64,000 nucleotides of DNA from Gloeobacterales cyanobacterium (GTDB taxonomy: Bacteria; Cyanobacteriota; Cyanobacteriia; Gloeobacterales; PMM-0068). The position numbers and the translations under genes are program-made. Positions 10,286 through 19,557 of this stretch are shown here, one piece after another (the first letter of the stretch is position 1; each line of letters starts with the position of its first letter). Location of the stretch: NCBI GenBank assembly GCA_038245785.1, contig JBBRSB010000014.1, forward strand, positions 38,728 through 102,727, given 5' to 3'. The notes below the pieces were generated by a model. That model had not been told where the DNA came from. It saw nothing but the letters and a program-made list of their open reading frames with translations, and did not search any database.

Positions 10286-11377
10286 TCAAGCCTGAAACAG
10301 GTCGGGGAAGGTTGCGCCCACATCTGGATGCACGAGTCGGTGGTCTTGTACATTGACTCCCTGAGCAAGGGCAGGGTCTTGCTCAAAGGATTGGGAACCC
10401 AAGTTCGCCAATTTCAGTACATAGGGCAAGGTGCTGTTGTTAAGCGCCTGAGTCGCTGTCCAGGGAACTGCTCCAGGCATATTGGGTACGCCATAGTGCA
10501 CAACGCCTTCTTCTACATAGGTAGGTGTTGTATGAGAAGTAGGGCGGAGGGTCTCAATGCATCCCCCTTGGTCTACGGCTACGTCCACAATCACAGAACC
10601 CGGCGCCATAGAACCGACCAAGGCTCTATCGACAAGGATCGGTGGACGACGTCCCGGCACCAAAACCGCACCAATTAAGAGGTCCGTTTCTGGGACTAGG
10701 TGGGCAATGTTGGCAGAGTTGCTGTAGAGCAATTCCAGATCATGGCCAAACAGGGTCTCCAGGTAGGTAAGACGGTCTACGCTAATATCCAGCAGCGTCA
10801 CCCGTGCGCCCATGCCGACGGCAATCCGCGCCGCTTCCATACCCACGACTCCGCCGCCCAAGACCACAACGCGACCTGGGCGCACCCCTGGTATCCCGCC
10901 TAACAGGACCCCGCGCCCTCCCTGTTGCCGTTCTAAAAAGCGGGCTCCAAACTGAGGGGCCAACCGTCCAGCGATCACACTCATCGGAACGAGTAAAGGC
11001 AGTTTTCTATCCGGAAGTTCTACGGTTTCATAGGCAATTGCCGTCACCCCACTCTGCATTAATTTCTCGGTTAGGGTTCGGTTGGCCGCTAAATGCAAAT
11101 AGGTAAACAGTAAATGTCCTTTTTGAAGAAAGTCATACTCCTGAGTGAGCGGTTCTTTGACTTTAACTACCAGTTCAGGACTCCAGGCTTCTGTTGCGGT
11201 TGCCACGATCTTGGCGCCCACGGTTTCATAAGCTTCATCTGAAAAACCAGAGCCAATTCCTGCGCCTGTTTCTACAAAGACCTGGTGTCCTTTCTCCTGT
11301 AAAACTCTGACACTGCTGGGACTTAAACCCACCCGAAATTCCTGGTCTTTGACTTCTTTCGGGACACCGATTTCCAT
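10286..11377 (-). CDS. ald: Alanine dehydrogenase
   Basis: MEIGVPKEVKDQEFRVG, VKVKEP, FTYLHLAA, VDVAVDQGGC, NMPGAVP. Confidence 0.96.
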   Translation of the reverse strand: MEIGVPKEVKDQEFRVGLSPSSVRVLQEKGHQVFVETGAGIGSGFSDEAYETVGAKIVATATEAWSPELVVKVKEPLTQEYDFLQKGHLLFTYLHLAANRTLTEKLMQSGVTAIAYETVELPDRKLPLLVPMSVIAGRLAPQFGARFLERQQGGRGVLLGGIPGVRPGRVVVLGGGVVGMEAARIAVGMGARVTLLDISVDRLTYLETLFGHDLELLYSNSANIAHLVPETDLLIGAVLVPGRRPPILVDRALVGSMAPGSVIVDVAVDQGGCIETLRPTSHTTPTYVEEGVVHYGVPNMPGAVPWTATQALNNSTLPYVLKLANLGSQSFEQDPALAQGVNVQDHRLVHPDVGATFPDLFQA

Positions 11378-11451
11378 GCGAAACCTCATTTTGATAGTTC
11401 TACGCCCCACCCTTTCAACAATAATGGAAGAAGCCCCTGGACCCTAACACT

Positions 11452-11820
11452 ATGCCCGCCAAGAAAAAAGAACAGCCTAAATCGCCCAAAGTCACCCTGC
11501 CTGCCCTCGCCCCTGGGGAAGTGGGAAAACTGACGACGGCACAGGTATTTGAAGCCTTGGACGCGGTGATTATCGTAGATGGCCGTAGCAAAGGAGAACG
11601 CCGCCTGAAAGGGATTATCGATTCGGTGACGTTTGATCCCAGAACCAAAGGCAATGAATTTCCCAGAAATAAACCGATTGTCACCGTCAGTTGGTTTGGT
11701 CTTCGGAGCTTAGTCTTGGCCTATGCCCTTAGAAAACAAGGTTTTAAAGTCTATGACATGGAAGGTGGACTATTTCGCTGGCTGTTGGAAAAGCGTCCTG
11801 CTGCTCAGCTATTTGATTAA
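11452..11820 (+). CDS. Single-domain rhodanese-like protein
   Basis: IIVDGR...PIVTVSWFGLRS...LRKQGFKVYDMEGG; Ser at the usual catalytic Cys position. Confidence 0.7.
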   Translation: MPAKKKEQPKSPKVTLPALAPGEVGKLTTAQVFEALDAVIIVDGRSKGERRLKGIIDSVTFDPRTKGNEFPRNKPIVTVSWFGLRSLVLAYALRKQGFKVYDMEGGLFRWLLEKRPAAQLFD

Positions 11821-12040
11821 AGGCGGAAAGCTTGAGGTGTTTCTACCTGCAGTCTGACAAAATCCCTTACCTACTTTCACCCTCCAGCTTTTGAAAAAGC
11901 TTCACAGGGGCTTTACTTATCGGAAAGTGATGGTAGGCTTTAATGCAGAAATGGGAAGCCTAAATATTTACAAGGTAGTTCTCATGATTTTTAATATACA
12001 TCAAGGCTCACCAAGACATCTAAAATGAGAGTGCTATGTC

Positions 12041-12433
12041 ATGGATGCAAATGAAGAATTAACAGAATCACTCAAAAATGAGCCACTAAAGCAGATTAAG
12101 TATGACTACATAAAAAGCCAGTATTTTCGTGTTGTTCATGCTGAGGGTATTTGGGGTGGCATAACACCACGCCTTGGCATTCATATTGATTTCTGGAGTG
12201 AACGTCCTTCAATTCCAAAGCACGTAGCTCATGAAATCACAAGTGCCGGACTTATAGGGAAAGAGATTTTAAGTGAAACTATTAATCGGAGTACAATTAT
12301 TCGCGAAGTTGAAGTTGGCGTGACAGTGGATCTTGGGACAGCAAAACAAATCATCGAATGGTTACAGCAAAGAGTTGACATCATAGAATCAGCATTGAGC
12401 CAACAGCAAGACATTAACAAATCAGGAGATTGA
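12041..12433 (+). CDS. Hypothetical protein (beta-sheet plus C-terminal helix, DUF3467-like topology)
   Basis: AT-rich ORF, first of a tight three-gene cluster; FRVVHAEGIWGGITP...IHIDFWSER...REVEVGVTVD..TAKQIIEWL. Confidence 0.7.
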   Translation: MDANEELTESLKNEPLKQIKYDYIKSQYFRVVHAEGIWGGITPRLGIHIDFWSERPSIPKHVAHEITSAGLIGKEILSETINRSTIIREVEVGVTVDLGTAKQIIEWLQQRVDIIESALSQQQDINKSGD

Positions 12434-12440
12434 GAAATTT

Positions 12441-12863
12441 ATGAGTTTATGCATTAATGAAACATCTTCTACAAATATTCCAAAGGCTCAAAGTTGGAAT
12501 GCCTCTCTAGTAGATTACAAAGCACTTTCTCAATCATTGGGGGATACTGATTCCAATCCAATTCCCTCAGACTTTAAACACTATCAAGATGCTCAATGGA
12601 TTGGAGAATGGGTTGACAGACTACGTTCAGTTGCTATCAGAAACGGGCTTTGGTGGCAAAAACCTCTTGTAAATATGAACATTGATTCAGAAATAGTTCT
12701 TGAATGGTGGCACAAGTCGAGAAAACTTACTATCTATATCTCTCATGATGACACAGTGGATTTTGTGAAAGTTTGGGGACCAGATGTTCATACCCAGATG
12801 GAAGATGGTTCTCTAGAATCTAAATCCGACCTTGTATCCATCTTGAACTGGATCGCTGATTAG
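12441..12863 (+). CDS. Hypothetical protein, putative antitoxin
   Basis: 7 nt after the previous stop, GGAG upstream; KPLVNMNIDSEIVLEWW..RKLTIYI core. Confidence 0.65.
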   Translation: MSLCINETSSTNIPKAQSWNASLVDYKALSQSLGDTDSNPIPSDFKHYQDAQWIGEWVDRLRSVAIRNGLWWQKPLVNMNIDSEIVLEWWHKSRKLTIYISHDDTVDFVKVWGPDVHTQMEDGSLESKSDLVSILNWIAD

Positions 12864-13223
12864 GAACTGTTTACTGATCGAAAACAAGCTCCTTCGGTTG
12901 ACAGAGCAGTTCTTCGTGAAAATAATCCCTACTTGACCCAGAAGGCCCCCACTGATGGTGTTGTCAGTCTCTTGACAAGTGATGTGCGAGCTACAGATTC
13001 TGTCAAGACATTCGAAAATGGAGTTCCTAAGATAACTTACAAGATTGATGTTGTTTCAATTCCTCTCATTGGAATTCCAGGGGAAACTGATAATTTAGCC
13101 CACGCAGAAATCAGACCGAATCCAGAATACAAAGGGAACAAACCTTTTAAGAGGTTACTAGAACGTTTAGCTTTTCTTGCTAATGCTCGTCAATGGGAAA
13201 TTCCACCTTATGAGCTGCGCTGA
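12864..13223 (+). pseudogene. 5'-truncated ADP-ribosyltransferase-like toxin
   Basis: The frame stays open from the upstream TAG: ELFTDRKQAPSVDRA...DGVVSLLTSDVRA...IDVVSIPL...NLAHAEI. No ATG; the first start is TTG 12933, after the SVD motif. Confidence 0.5.
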
Positions 13224-13246
13224 ATGAATTGTCTTGGTATTGCTGC

Positions 13247-13360
13247 CTAGGAGGTTTCAGGATTAATCCCTTTTTCTCTCGGCTTCGTAACAGAAGATTC
13301 TAGCTGTTGTGCTGCCTGATTTGCTTGCTCTTGTGGTGTTAGTAAATGACTGCCCAATAG
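13247..13360 (-). pseudogene. Uma2-family endonuclease C-terminal remnant
   Basis: Translates GSHLLTPQEQANQAAQQLESSVTKPREKGINPETS*, resembling the typical Uma2 tail (LLTPEE...LRELGIDP). Confidence 0.55.
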
Positions 13361-13363
13361 TAC

Positions 13364-13445
13364 CAATACAACCGTCAGCTAGCACGCTCACGGGTCGTGA
13401 TTGAACAGGTCAACCGATGCTTGAAGATATTTTACCTGATAGCAG
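13364..13445 (+). mobile_element. IS5-family (ISL2-group-like) transposase fragment
   Basis: QYNRQLARSRVVIEQVNRCLKIF carries the R..IE..N..LK.F signature around the last DDE residue. Confidence 0.65.
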
Positions 13446-13600
13446 ACCCCCACAACTTTGAGTTAGCCTCATGTCATCTTGTCAAACCTTTTGTAAGAGA
13501 TCTACAGTAAATATTTTTTTCAGAACTACCGCATTTGCCCGAATCCCTCATCTATCAGCAAGAGTAAATTTTTAGTAGTTATGTTCTCACTAAAAAGTTC

Positions 13601-13761
13601 GGTTCTTCAGGATCTAGTATGCAAATCGCGACTCCAAAAGGCTGAAAGCTCTATCTAGCAAGAACTTCAGCAAATTAGCGCCGCAAGACGCAAGAAAGCC
13701 TTGTCTAGCAAGCGTTTTAGCTCTTCAAGCCTCTAAGTGACATACTCAACCCGGAAGAGCC
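13601..13761. mobile_element. 161-bp MITE with 21-bp imperfect TIRs and 8-bp target-site duplication
   Basis: Left end GGTTCTTCAGGATCTAGTATG vs right-end reverse complement GGCTCTTCCGGGTTGAGTATG (16/21); AAAAGTTC at 13593-13600 and 13762-13769. Confidence 0.8.
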
Positions 13762-13818
13762 AAAAGTTCTATCATAATAGTACAAATCTTGAAGACAGAT
13801 CTGCCAGGGCTAATCTGA

Positions 13819-14643
13819 ATGCAAAATCATGAATTGAATTTACTAGAGAATACTATTGATAGTTTTAACGAAGCTCTTAGGAATTATAAAGAGGGAGAAA
13901 TAAATTTTAAGTCCTACAAATTTGCTATTTTAAACTTTTCCCATTTCATTGAACTCTTATTGAAATACTATGTCTCAAGAGCACATCCTTTGCTAATCTA
14001 CAAAAATCCATTTAGTGACAAAATAAAACAACAAAGTACAATTGGTTTATGGGAAGCAGTTCAATTTATAAAGAATGAAGAAAAAACAATATCAAAAGAT
14101 TTTGAAAGTGATTTGAAGTGGATTAAAAAGTTAAGAAATGAGATAGAGCATTATGAATTTAAAATGGAATTGTTAGAGGTAAAGGAGACTATTGGACGTC
14201 TCACCAAAGCTATCATTGAATTTATCGAAACATATATAGAAGATATGGATCTTGAAACATACGTTCATCCAGATAATATGGAGACCTTTGAAATATTAGC
14301 TGATGAATATAAAACCCAATTAGCAAAAGCATTGAGCTTAGTAGATGAGGCTAATAGAGAAGCATATCGTGGAATAAGACCAAAATTTTGGAATGAGGTG
14401 CAATGGAATGTTTATACATGCCCTGAGTGTGAGCATGAAACCTTGATGACAAATCATGATTCACCAACAGGATACAGATGCACATTTTGTAAAAACGAAA
14501 AATCTGAAGAGATAGAGGTTAATTGTAGCCATTGTGATTTGCCATGGCCAACTGGAGATATGTCCTTTGTGGAAATGGAAGATGGTGCAGTTGAGCCAAT
14601 ATGCCCACGCTGTGGTGGTGATCCTGATTATGTAGATGATTAG
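13819..14643 (+). CDS. HEPN-like protein with C-terminal zinc ribbons
   Basis: Very AT-rich; FAILNFSHFIELLLK helix, R-x4-H motif (RNEIEH), and four CxxC pairs (CPEC, CTFC, CSHC, CPRC). Confidence 0.7.
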   Translation: MQNHELNLLENTIDSFNEALRNYKEGEINFKSYKFAILNFSHFIELLLKYYVSRAHPLLIYKNPFSDKIKQQSTIGLWEAVQFIKNEEKTISKDFESDLKWIKKLRNEIEHYEFKMELLEVKETIGRLTKAIIEFIETYIEDMDLETYVHPDNMETFEILADEYKTQLAKALSLVDEANREAYRGIRPKFWNEVQWNVYTCPECEHETLMTNHDSPTGYRCTFCKNEKSEEIEVNCSHCDLPWPTGDMSFVEMEDGAVEPICPRCGGDPDYVDD

Positions 14644-14749
14644 TAAGCGCTGTTCAAAAATTAGTCAATAGCATATTTCATTAGATATTGATCGAAGAAA
14701 TTCATGGAATTTTCAAAGATTTACCTAATAGTTTTCCTCTAATGTCGGC

Positions 14750-15361
14750 TCATCCTGTCTGACCGAAATAGCGTAAGCGGTTATACGCTTCGCCCAACTC
14801 GACCACACTCAGCGAAGCCCAGGGTGGATTTAGATTCCAGTAAAACTCCAGAGGGGCACCGATTAAATCCAGCACAAGAGCCCTGATTGGTCCTCCGTGA
14901 CTGACTAGAAAAATTCGTTGGTCGGGGACTTTGCTGCGCCAATCTTGAAGACAGGCCATAGCGCGCTGGGCTGTTTCGCGGGCTGTTTCTCCTTCAGGAA
15001 AGGGAAAGTCCAGGGGTTTGGCACGCCATTCATCTAAAGCTCCAGGATAGAGGGCTTCCAATTCATCACCGCTCAACCCTTCCCAGGCACCAAAATTCGT
15101 TTCTGCCAGTCGATTATCACAGTGCAGTTCTGGTTCTCCAGGGAGGACGACTCGAAGAATTTCTGCCGTTTGGACAGCCCGGCGCAGGGGGCTAGAAACC
15201 AGGATCAGTGAATCCGGTACGGTTTGTTGGCTCAACCAATTAGCTAAGCGCTGGGCCGCTTCGATACCCTGGGGTAGCAAAGGATCTTCATTTTGACCGT
15301 TAAAGCGATGCTCTATATTCAAACGGGTGTGCCCATGACGGGCCAGAAATAATTCTTCCAT
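14750..15361 (-). CDS. Histidine phosphatase family (CobC/GpmB-like)
   Basis: LARHG, SSPLRRAVQTA, ETNFGAWEG, VSHGG. Confidence 0.88.
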   Translation of the reverse strand: MEELFLARHGHTRLNIEHRFNGQNEDPLLPQGIEAAQRLANWLSQQTVPDSLILVSSPLRRAVQTAEILRVVLPGEPELHCDNRLAETNFGAWEGLSGDELEALYPGALDEWRAKPLDFPFPEGETARETAQRAMACLQDWRSKVPDQRIFLVSHGGPIRALVLDLIGAPLEFYWNLNPPWASLSVVELGEAYNRLRYFGQTG

Positions 15362-15386
15362 TTAGTTCTTTAGTTAGTTTTCAGCT

Positions 15387-16961
15387 ATGACATTCAACGT
15401 ACGCTCCACTATCGCTTTATCTACCATCCTCCGTAAACCCTTCGTCCGGGGACTCTTCCTCTCTAGCCTGCTCTTAAACTGCTGGAGCAATACAGCCTGG
15501 GCGCTGGGCGGGGGTATCCGCATTAACGGTGAACTCAAAGCCGCTGCTCCCTGGGCCAGCACGGAAGGTCATCCGGTGACGATTGCTGACTGGTGGATCG
15601 AAGAGCAAATGGGCGTAGAGCTTTTGAATAGTGAGCGGCCTGAAGTGCAGCCTGTGCGCTGGTTAGGCAAAGTCATAGAGCTACCTGTAGTTTGGCAAGG
15701 AACGGCTCAGTGGCTCACGAATCGCTATTTGGATGTGGCTCCCTTGAATGCGTTGGGATGGCAGATCAATCCGCAGGGAGAATTTTTAGATATCACCTTG
15801 CCTGTGCAAGCTCCTACGGTTAGCCTTGACCAACAACCTCCTATCACCTTAGACCCGCGCCAGAATCGTGAATCCCGACAGGTCTGGGCCAAAGGACTGG
15901 TCTACCGCAAGCTGATCTACCAGACGCCCGTTCCTCAACGGATCAATATCCTGGAAATCGCTCAGACGAAGCCCTATGCGGTACTGCCAATGACCTTACA
16001 AGGGAGAGCCTCGGCGCTTTCCCAAATGACCCAGAATGCTCAAGCAGCGGCGGGTATCAATGGCGGCTACTTCAACCTCAAGATCGGCCAGCCCGTCGGT
16101 GCGATTAAGAAAGAAGGGCAATGGCTTTCTAGCCCAATTTTAGAACGCGGAGCGGTGGCTTGGGACAATAGAGGAACCTGGCGTTTTAGCCGCTTAGGCT
16201 TTACGGGAACCAGTCAATGGACCGATAAGACCGGGGCGAAGACCACAGTGCCCCTACTTGGTTTTAACTCGGCCTATGTGGAATCTGGCGTGGCTGCCTA
16301 CACACCGATTTGGGGAGCCGCTTATCAGACCCGGACCCAAGGCGAAATCGTGATTCCGGTTATTGATGGAAAAACGGAGCCAGCCTCTACGGTAGAAACG
16401 GCAGGAACACCCGTTCCGATTCCTGCCAATGGTCTCCTGCTGGTGGCGAGAGGCACAGGCCGTCCACTGCTAGATAAGGATAAAAGCCAGGGAGGATTTT
16501 CGGTCACCCTTGCCAGTGGAGTAAATGACTCTGGGGCCGAAGCCCTACCGAATATTCTCGGCGGTGGACCTTTACTTCTCCAAGAGGGCAAGAATGTCTT
16601 GGATGGCAGACGGGAACGCTTTCAAGCGGATGTGTTGATGGGTGCAGCCCCTCGCACACTGCTGGGCCGTAGAGGAGATGGAACCGTGCTGCTGGTGACG
16701 GTTGATGGTCGCCAAACCGATGCCAAGGGGATGACCTTGGAGGAAGCAACGAATTTCATGCAGAGTCTAGGCGCTGTAAATGCCTTGAATTTGGATGGGG
16801 GTGGCTCTACTACTTTCTATTTAGGCGGAAAAGTGCGTAATCGCCCTAGTGGCGGTCAAGAACGGGCGCTTCCCAATGGACTAGCCGTACTGATTCCAAA
16901 AGAGGTTCCACCAGCCCCAGCTCCCGTTCATGAGAGCACCTCGCCCCTGCTGCACCCTTAA
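15387..16961 (+). CDS. Phosphodiester glycosidase (NAGPA) family protein
   Basis: GINGGYF, GGGPLLL, APRTLLG, VDGRQ, ALNLDGGGST. Confidence 0.88.
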   Translation: MTFNVRSTIALSTILRKPFVRGLFLSSLLLNCWSNTAWALGGGIRINGELKAAAPWASTEGHPVTIADWWIEEQMGVELLNSERPEVQPVRWLGKVIELPVVWQGTAQWLTNRYLDVAPLNALGWQINPQGEFLDITLPVQAPTVSLDQQPPITLDPRQNRESRQVWAKGLVYRKLIYQTPVPQRINILEIAQTKPYAVLPMTLQGRASALSQMTQNAQAAAGINGGYFNLKIGQPVGAIKKEGQWLSSPILERGAVAWDNRGTWRFSRLGFTGTSQWTDKTGAKTTVPLLGFNSAYVESGVAAYTPIWGAAYQTRTQGEIVIPVIDGKTEPASTVETAGTPVPIPANGLLLVARGTGRPLLDKDKSQGGFSVTLASGVNDSGAEALPNILGGGPLLLQEGKNVLDGRRERFQADVLMGAAPRTLLGRRGDGTVLLVTVDGRQTDAKGMTLEEATNFMQSLGAVNALNLDGGGSTTFYLGGKVRNRPSGGQERALPNGLAVLIPKEVPPAPAPVHESTSPLLHP

Positions 16962-17062
16962 ATTATCGGATTTGTTTGTTACAGAGTGTGACAGAGCTTC
17001 GTGGTCTAAAAGGATATAACCGTACTATGTGGTGAAAGCAACAGTAGGAAAGGTTTTTCTGC

Positions 17063-17506
17063 ATGCAATCCCGCTACATATACACTGACGACCCACAGTC
17101 TGCCAATTTGTTCACTCCCGTGAATAACTCGCCGGGGATTAAGTTTTTCATCGATAACCTTCCCATTAATCGGAAAGGGGTCGCCCCTCTTTTCCGAGGC
17201 TTAGAAGTTGGCATGGCCCATGGGTACTGGCTATTCGGTCCTTTTGCCCTCTTAGGTCCTCTACGGAGTACTCCTGCTGGTCCGATAATCGGACTGATTG
17301 CAGCTGGCCTTCTTGTCGTGATTAGCACCGTCGGAATCTCTCTCTATGCTACGTCCCAAGTCGAAGACGATATCTTTGGCGCAGAAGGGTGGAGCAACTT
17401 TGCTTCAGGCTTTTTGATCGGCGGTGTCGGCGGAGCTATTTTTGCCTTTGGCCTTTTCGTTTCCCAGGGAATTATTCTGAATCTGATTCTAGGTAGAGCC
17501 GGATAA
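17063..17506 (+). CDS. psaL: Photosystem I subunit XI
   Basis: NLFTPVNNS..FIDNLPINRKG...RGLEVGMAHGYWLFGPF..LGPLR; GWSNFASGFLIGGVGGA. Confidence 0.95.
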   Translation: MQSRYIYTDDPQSANLFTPVNNSPGIKFFIDNLPINRKGVAPLFRGLEVGMAHGYWLFGPFALLGPLRSTPAGPIIGLIAAGLLVVISTVGISLYATSQVEDDIFGAEGWSNFASGFLIGGVGGAIFAFGLFVSQGIILNLILGRAG

Positions 17507-17539
17507 CCTGATTAAGTTCGGCCATTAGGAGTCGGCTTT

Positions 17540-19018
17540 ATGCTGACTACGATTGTCACTGCGCAGCAAATGCGTGAAATAGAGCATCTCACCTTTGACT
17601 GGGGCATGCCTGTAGCGGCCCTGATGGAGAAGGTGGGATGCTTGCTTTTTGAGCGCATTAGGCAGTGCTATTCCGCATCCATCTATCCACAGGTGGGATT
17701 GCTCATTGGTCCAGGCCATAACGGAGCCGATGCTTTAGTGGTCGGTCGAGAATTGCTTCTGGAAGGCCGGAACGTTTGGGCATGGATTAGCTCACCTGGC
17801 AAGGAATTAACCCAGGCTCACCAGCGCTATTTTGAACATTTGGGTGGCCATCTTGTCACGGATATTTCTGCACTAGCCGACTGCACGTTATTGATTGATG
17901 GAATCTTTGGCTTTGGGCTGGAACGTGCTCCAGAAGGAGCCTATGCCGAAGCGATCCAATGGGCAAATCAACAGGCGGTTCCTATAGTCAGTGTGGACTT
18001 GCCTTCTGGTTTGCATACAGACACAGGACAAGCTCAGGGCGCAACGATTCGGGCTCAACGGACCTTTTGCTTGGGATTGTGGAAACGGGGTGTCCTGCAA
18101 GACGATGCGCTGGAATATACCGGGGAAGCAGAGCTGATTGATATCGGTCTTGCCCAGAGCTGCCAGCAGGCCTTAGGAAATATTCCCCTCTTTCAGACCT
18201 TGGATGCGGCAGAGACCTACAAACTTTTGCCGTTGCATCGCCCCCTGGCGACGCATAAGTATCAGGTAGGAAAGGCTCTTGTGTGGGCGGGTTCTCCTGA
18301 ATATCCTGGAGCGGCAGCTTTGACGGGTTTGGGCTGTAGAGCCAGTGGAGTGGGCTTGGTGACTATGGCGGTGCCAGATGCCCTGCGGCCCCTGGTAATC
18401 CATCATCTGCCTGATGCTGTTCTCGTGAGTCCAACTGAAGACCAGGGTGATTTTTCACATTTCCAGGCGTTGCTATGCGGCCCAGGGATGCTGCCTAACC
18501 CAGATTTGCTTCAGGAGATTTTGAAGACGAGCCGCATTCCTGTAGTGGTAGACGCAGGAGGTTTGAGCAGTTTGGCGGGAAATCTCCCCTGGCTACAGCA
18601 AGCAACGATACCCGTAGTCCTTACACCCCATGTCGGAGAGTTTAAACGGCTATTTCCTGACATCGCTTTGGAAGACCGGCTCGATGCAGCACAGAAAGCA
18701 GCTGCCCAATCAGGGGCTGTAGTCGTGCTGAAAGGAGCAAGGACCGTCATTGCCTGTCCCGATAGGCAGGTGCGGGTGAATATTGAAAGCACTCCAGCCT
18801 TGGCCCGTGGAGGTTCGGGAGATGTTTTAGCTGGCTTGATAACGGGATTGCTCGCCCAAGGACTGGACGCTTTTGAGGCCGCCTGTGCTGGAGTCTGGTG
18901 GCACAGCCAATGCGGGATTTATTTAGAGCGGCGACGTTCTGTCCTAGGCGTAGACCCCTATCATCTGGCTCTATCCTTGCCGGAGGCCCTGGTCTGGTGG
19001 AATTCCGAGCGAACATGA
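17540..19018 (+). CDS. nnr: Bifunctional NAD(P)H-hydrate epimerase/dehydratase
   Basis: GPGHNGADAL, DGIFGFG, VDLPSG, LTPHVGEF, LARGGSGDVLAG. Confidence 0.93.
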   Translation: MLTTIVTAQQMREIEHLTFDWGMPVAALMEKVGCLLFERIRQCYSASIYPQVGLLIGPGHNGADALVVGRELLLEGRNVWAWISSPGKELTQAHQRYFEHLGGHLVTDISALADCTLLIDGIFGFGLERAPEGAYAEAIQWANQQAVPIVSVDLPSGLHTDTGQAQGATIRAQRTFCLGLWKRGVLQDDALEYTGEAELIDIGLAQSCQQALGNIPLFQTLDAAETYKLLPLHRPLATHKYQVGKALVWAGSPEYPGAAALTGLGCRASGVGLVTMAVPDALRPLVIHHLPDAVLVSPTEDQGDFSHFQALLCGPGMLPNPDLLQEILKTSRIPVVVDAGGLSSLAGNLPWLQQATIPVVLTPHVGEFKRLFPDIALEDRLDAAQKAAAQSGAVVVLKGARTVIACPDRQVRVNIESTPALARGGSGDVLAGLITGLLAQGLDAFEAACAGVWWHSQCGIYLERRRSVLGVDPYHLALSLPEALVWWNSERT

Positions 19019-19533
19019 GGCTTGGAGGCTTTAGAGCGTAAAGGAAAAGTCTCTTCTTGCTTGTCTGCTCCCTGCTCCATCGGCTTAATTCGGGTATACG
19101 CCTGGGCTTCTTCCAACGTCATATTCAGAACTTTTTCCAGGTCATAGACTTGCTTTTGGCCTGTAACAATAGGCATCGCTTTTTGAAACTGAGCGTCATA
19201 GCCACTGAGCATGAACTGAAGCATTGCTCTTCGGGGCATGACCCTGAAGGTAGGAGCCAGACGACAGAGGACATCGAAGCCAATAATGGCAGCAAGGCGC
19301 GGGATGCCCAAGGAAGCGGCTTCTGCGCCACCGACATAGGCTTCTCCTGGAGGCGTGTTGTCGGCCTCCATCAGGATGTGGGTGACATCATGCCGTTCAA
19401 TATGGAATTGGATCGCTTGGTCCACGGGCCAAACATTGGTCACTGGTATCTGATTGTTTGGATTATCAAAGCCATGTTGCTTAAGTCGTTCTTCAAGCAG
19501 GACTTTAACGGTTTTTTTAAGATGGCTAGTCAT
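18961..19533 (-). CDS. Hypothetical protein with Coq4-like HDxxH...GE metal motif
   Basis: ERHDVTHILMEADNTPPGEA; 3' end overlaps the convergent nnr. Confidence 0.55.
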   Translation of the reverse strand: MTSHLKKTVKVLLEERLKQHGFDNPNNQIPVTNVWPVDQAIQFHIERHDVTHILMEADNTPPGEAYVGGAEAASLGIPRLAAIIGFDVLCRLAPTFRVMPRRAMLQFMLSGYDAQFQKAMPIVTGQKQVYDLEKVLNMTLEEAQAYTRIKPMEQGADKQEETFPLRSKASKPHVRSEFHQTRASGKDRAR

Positions 19534-19557
19534 ACTTCTAGGTTAAACCAGATTCAC

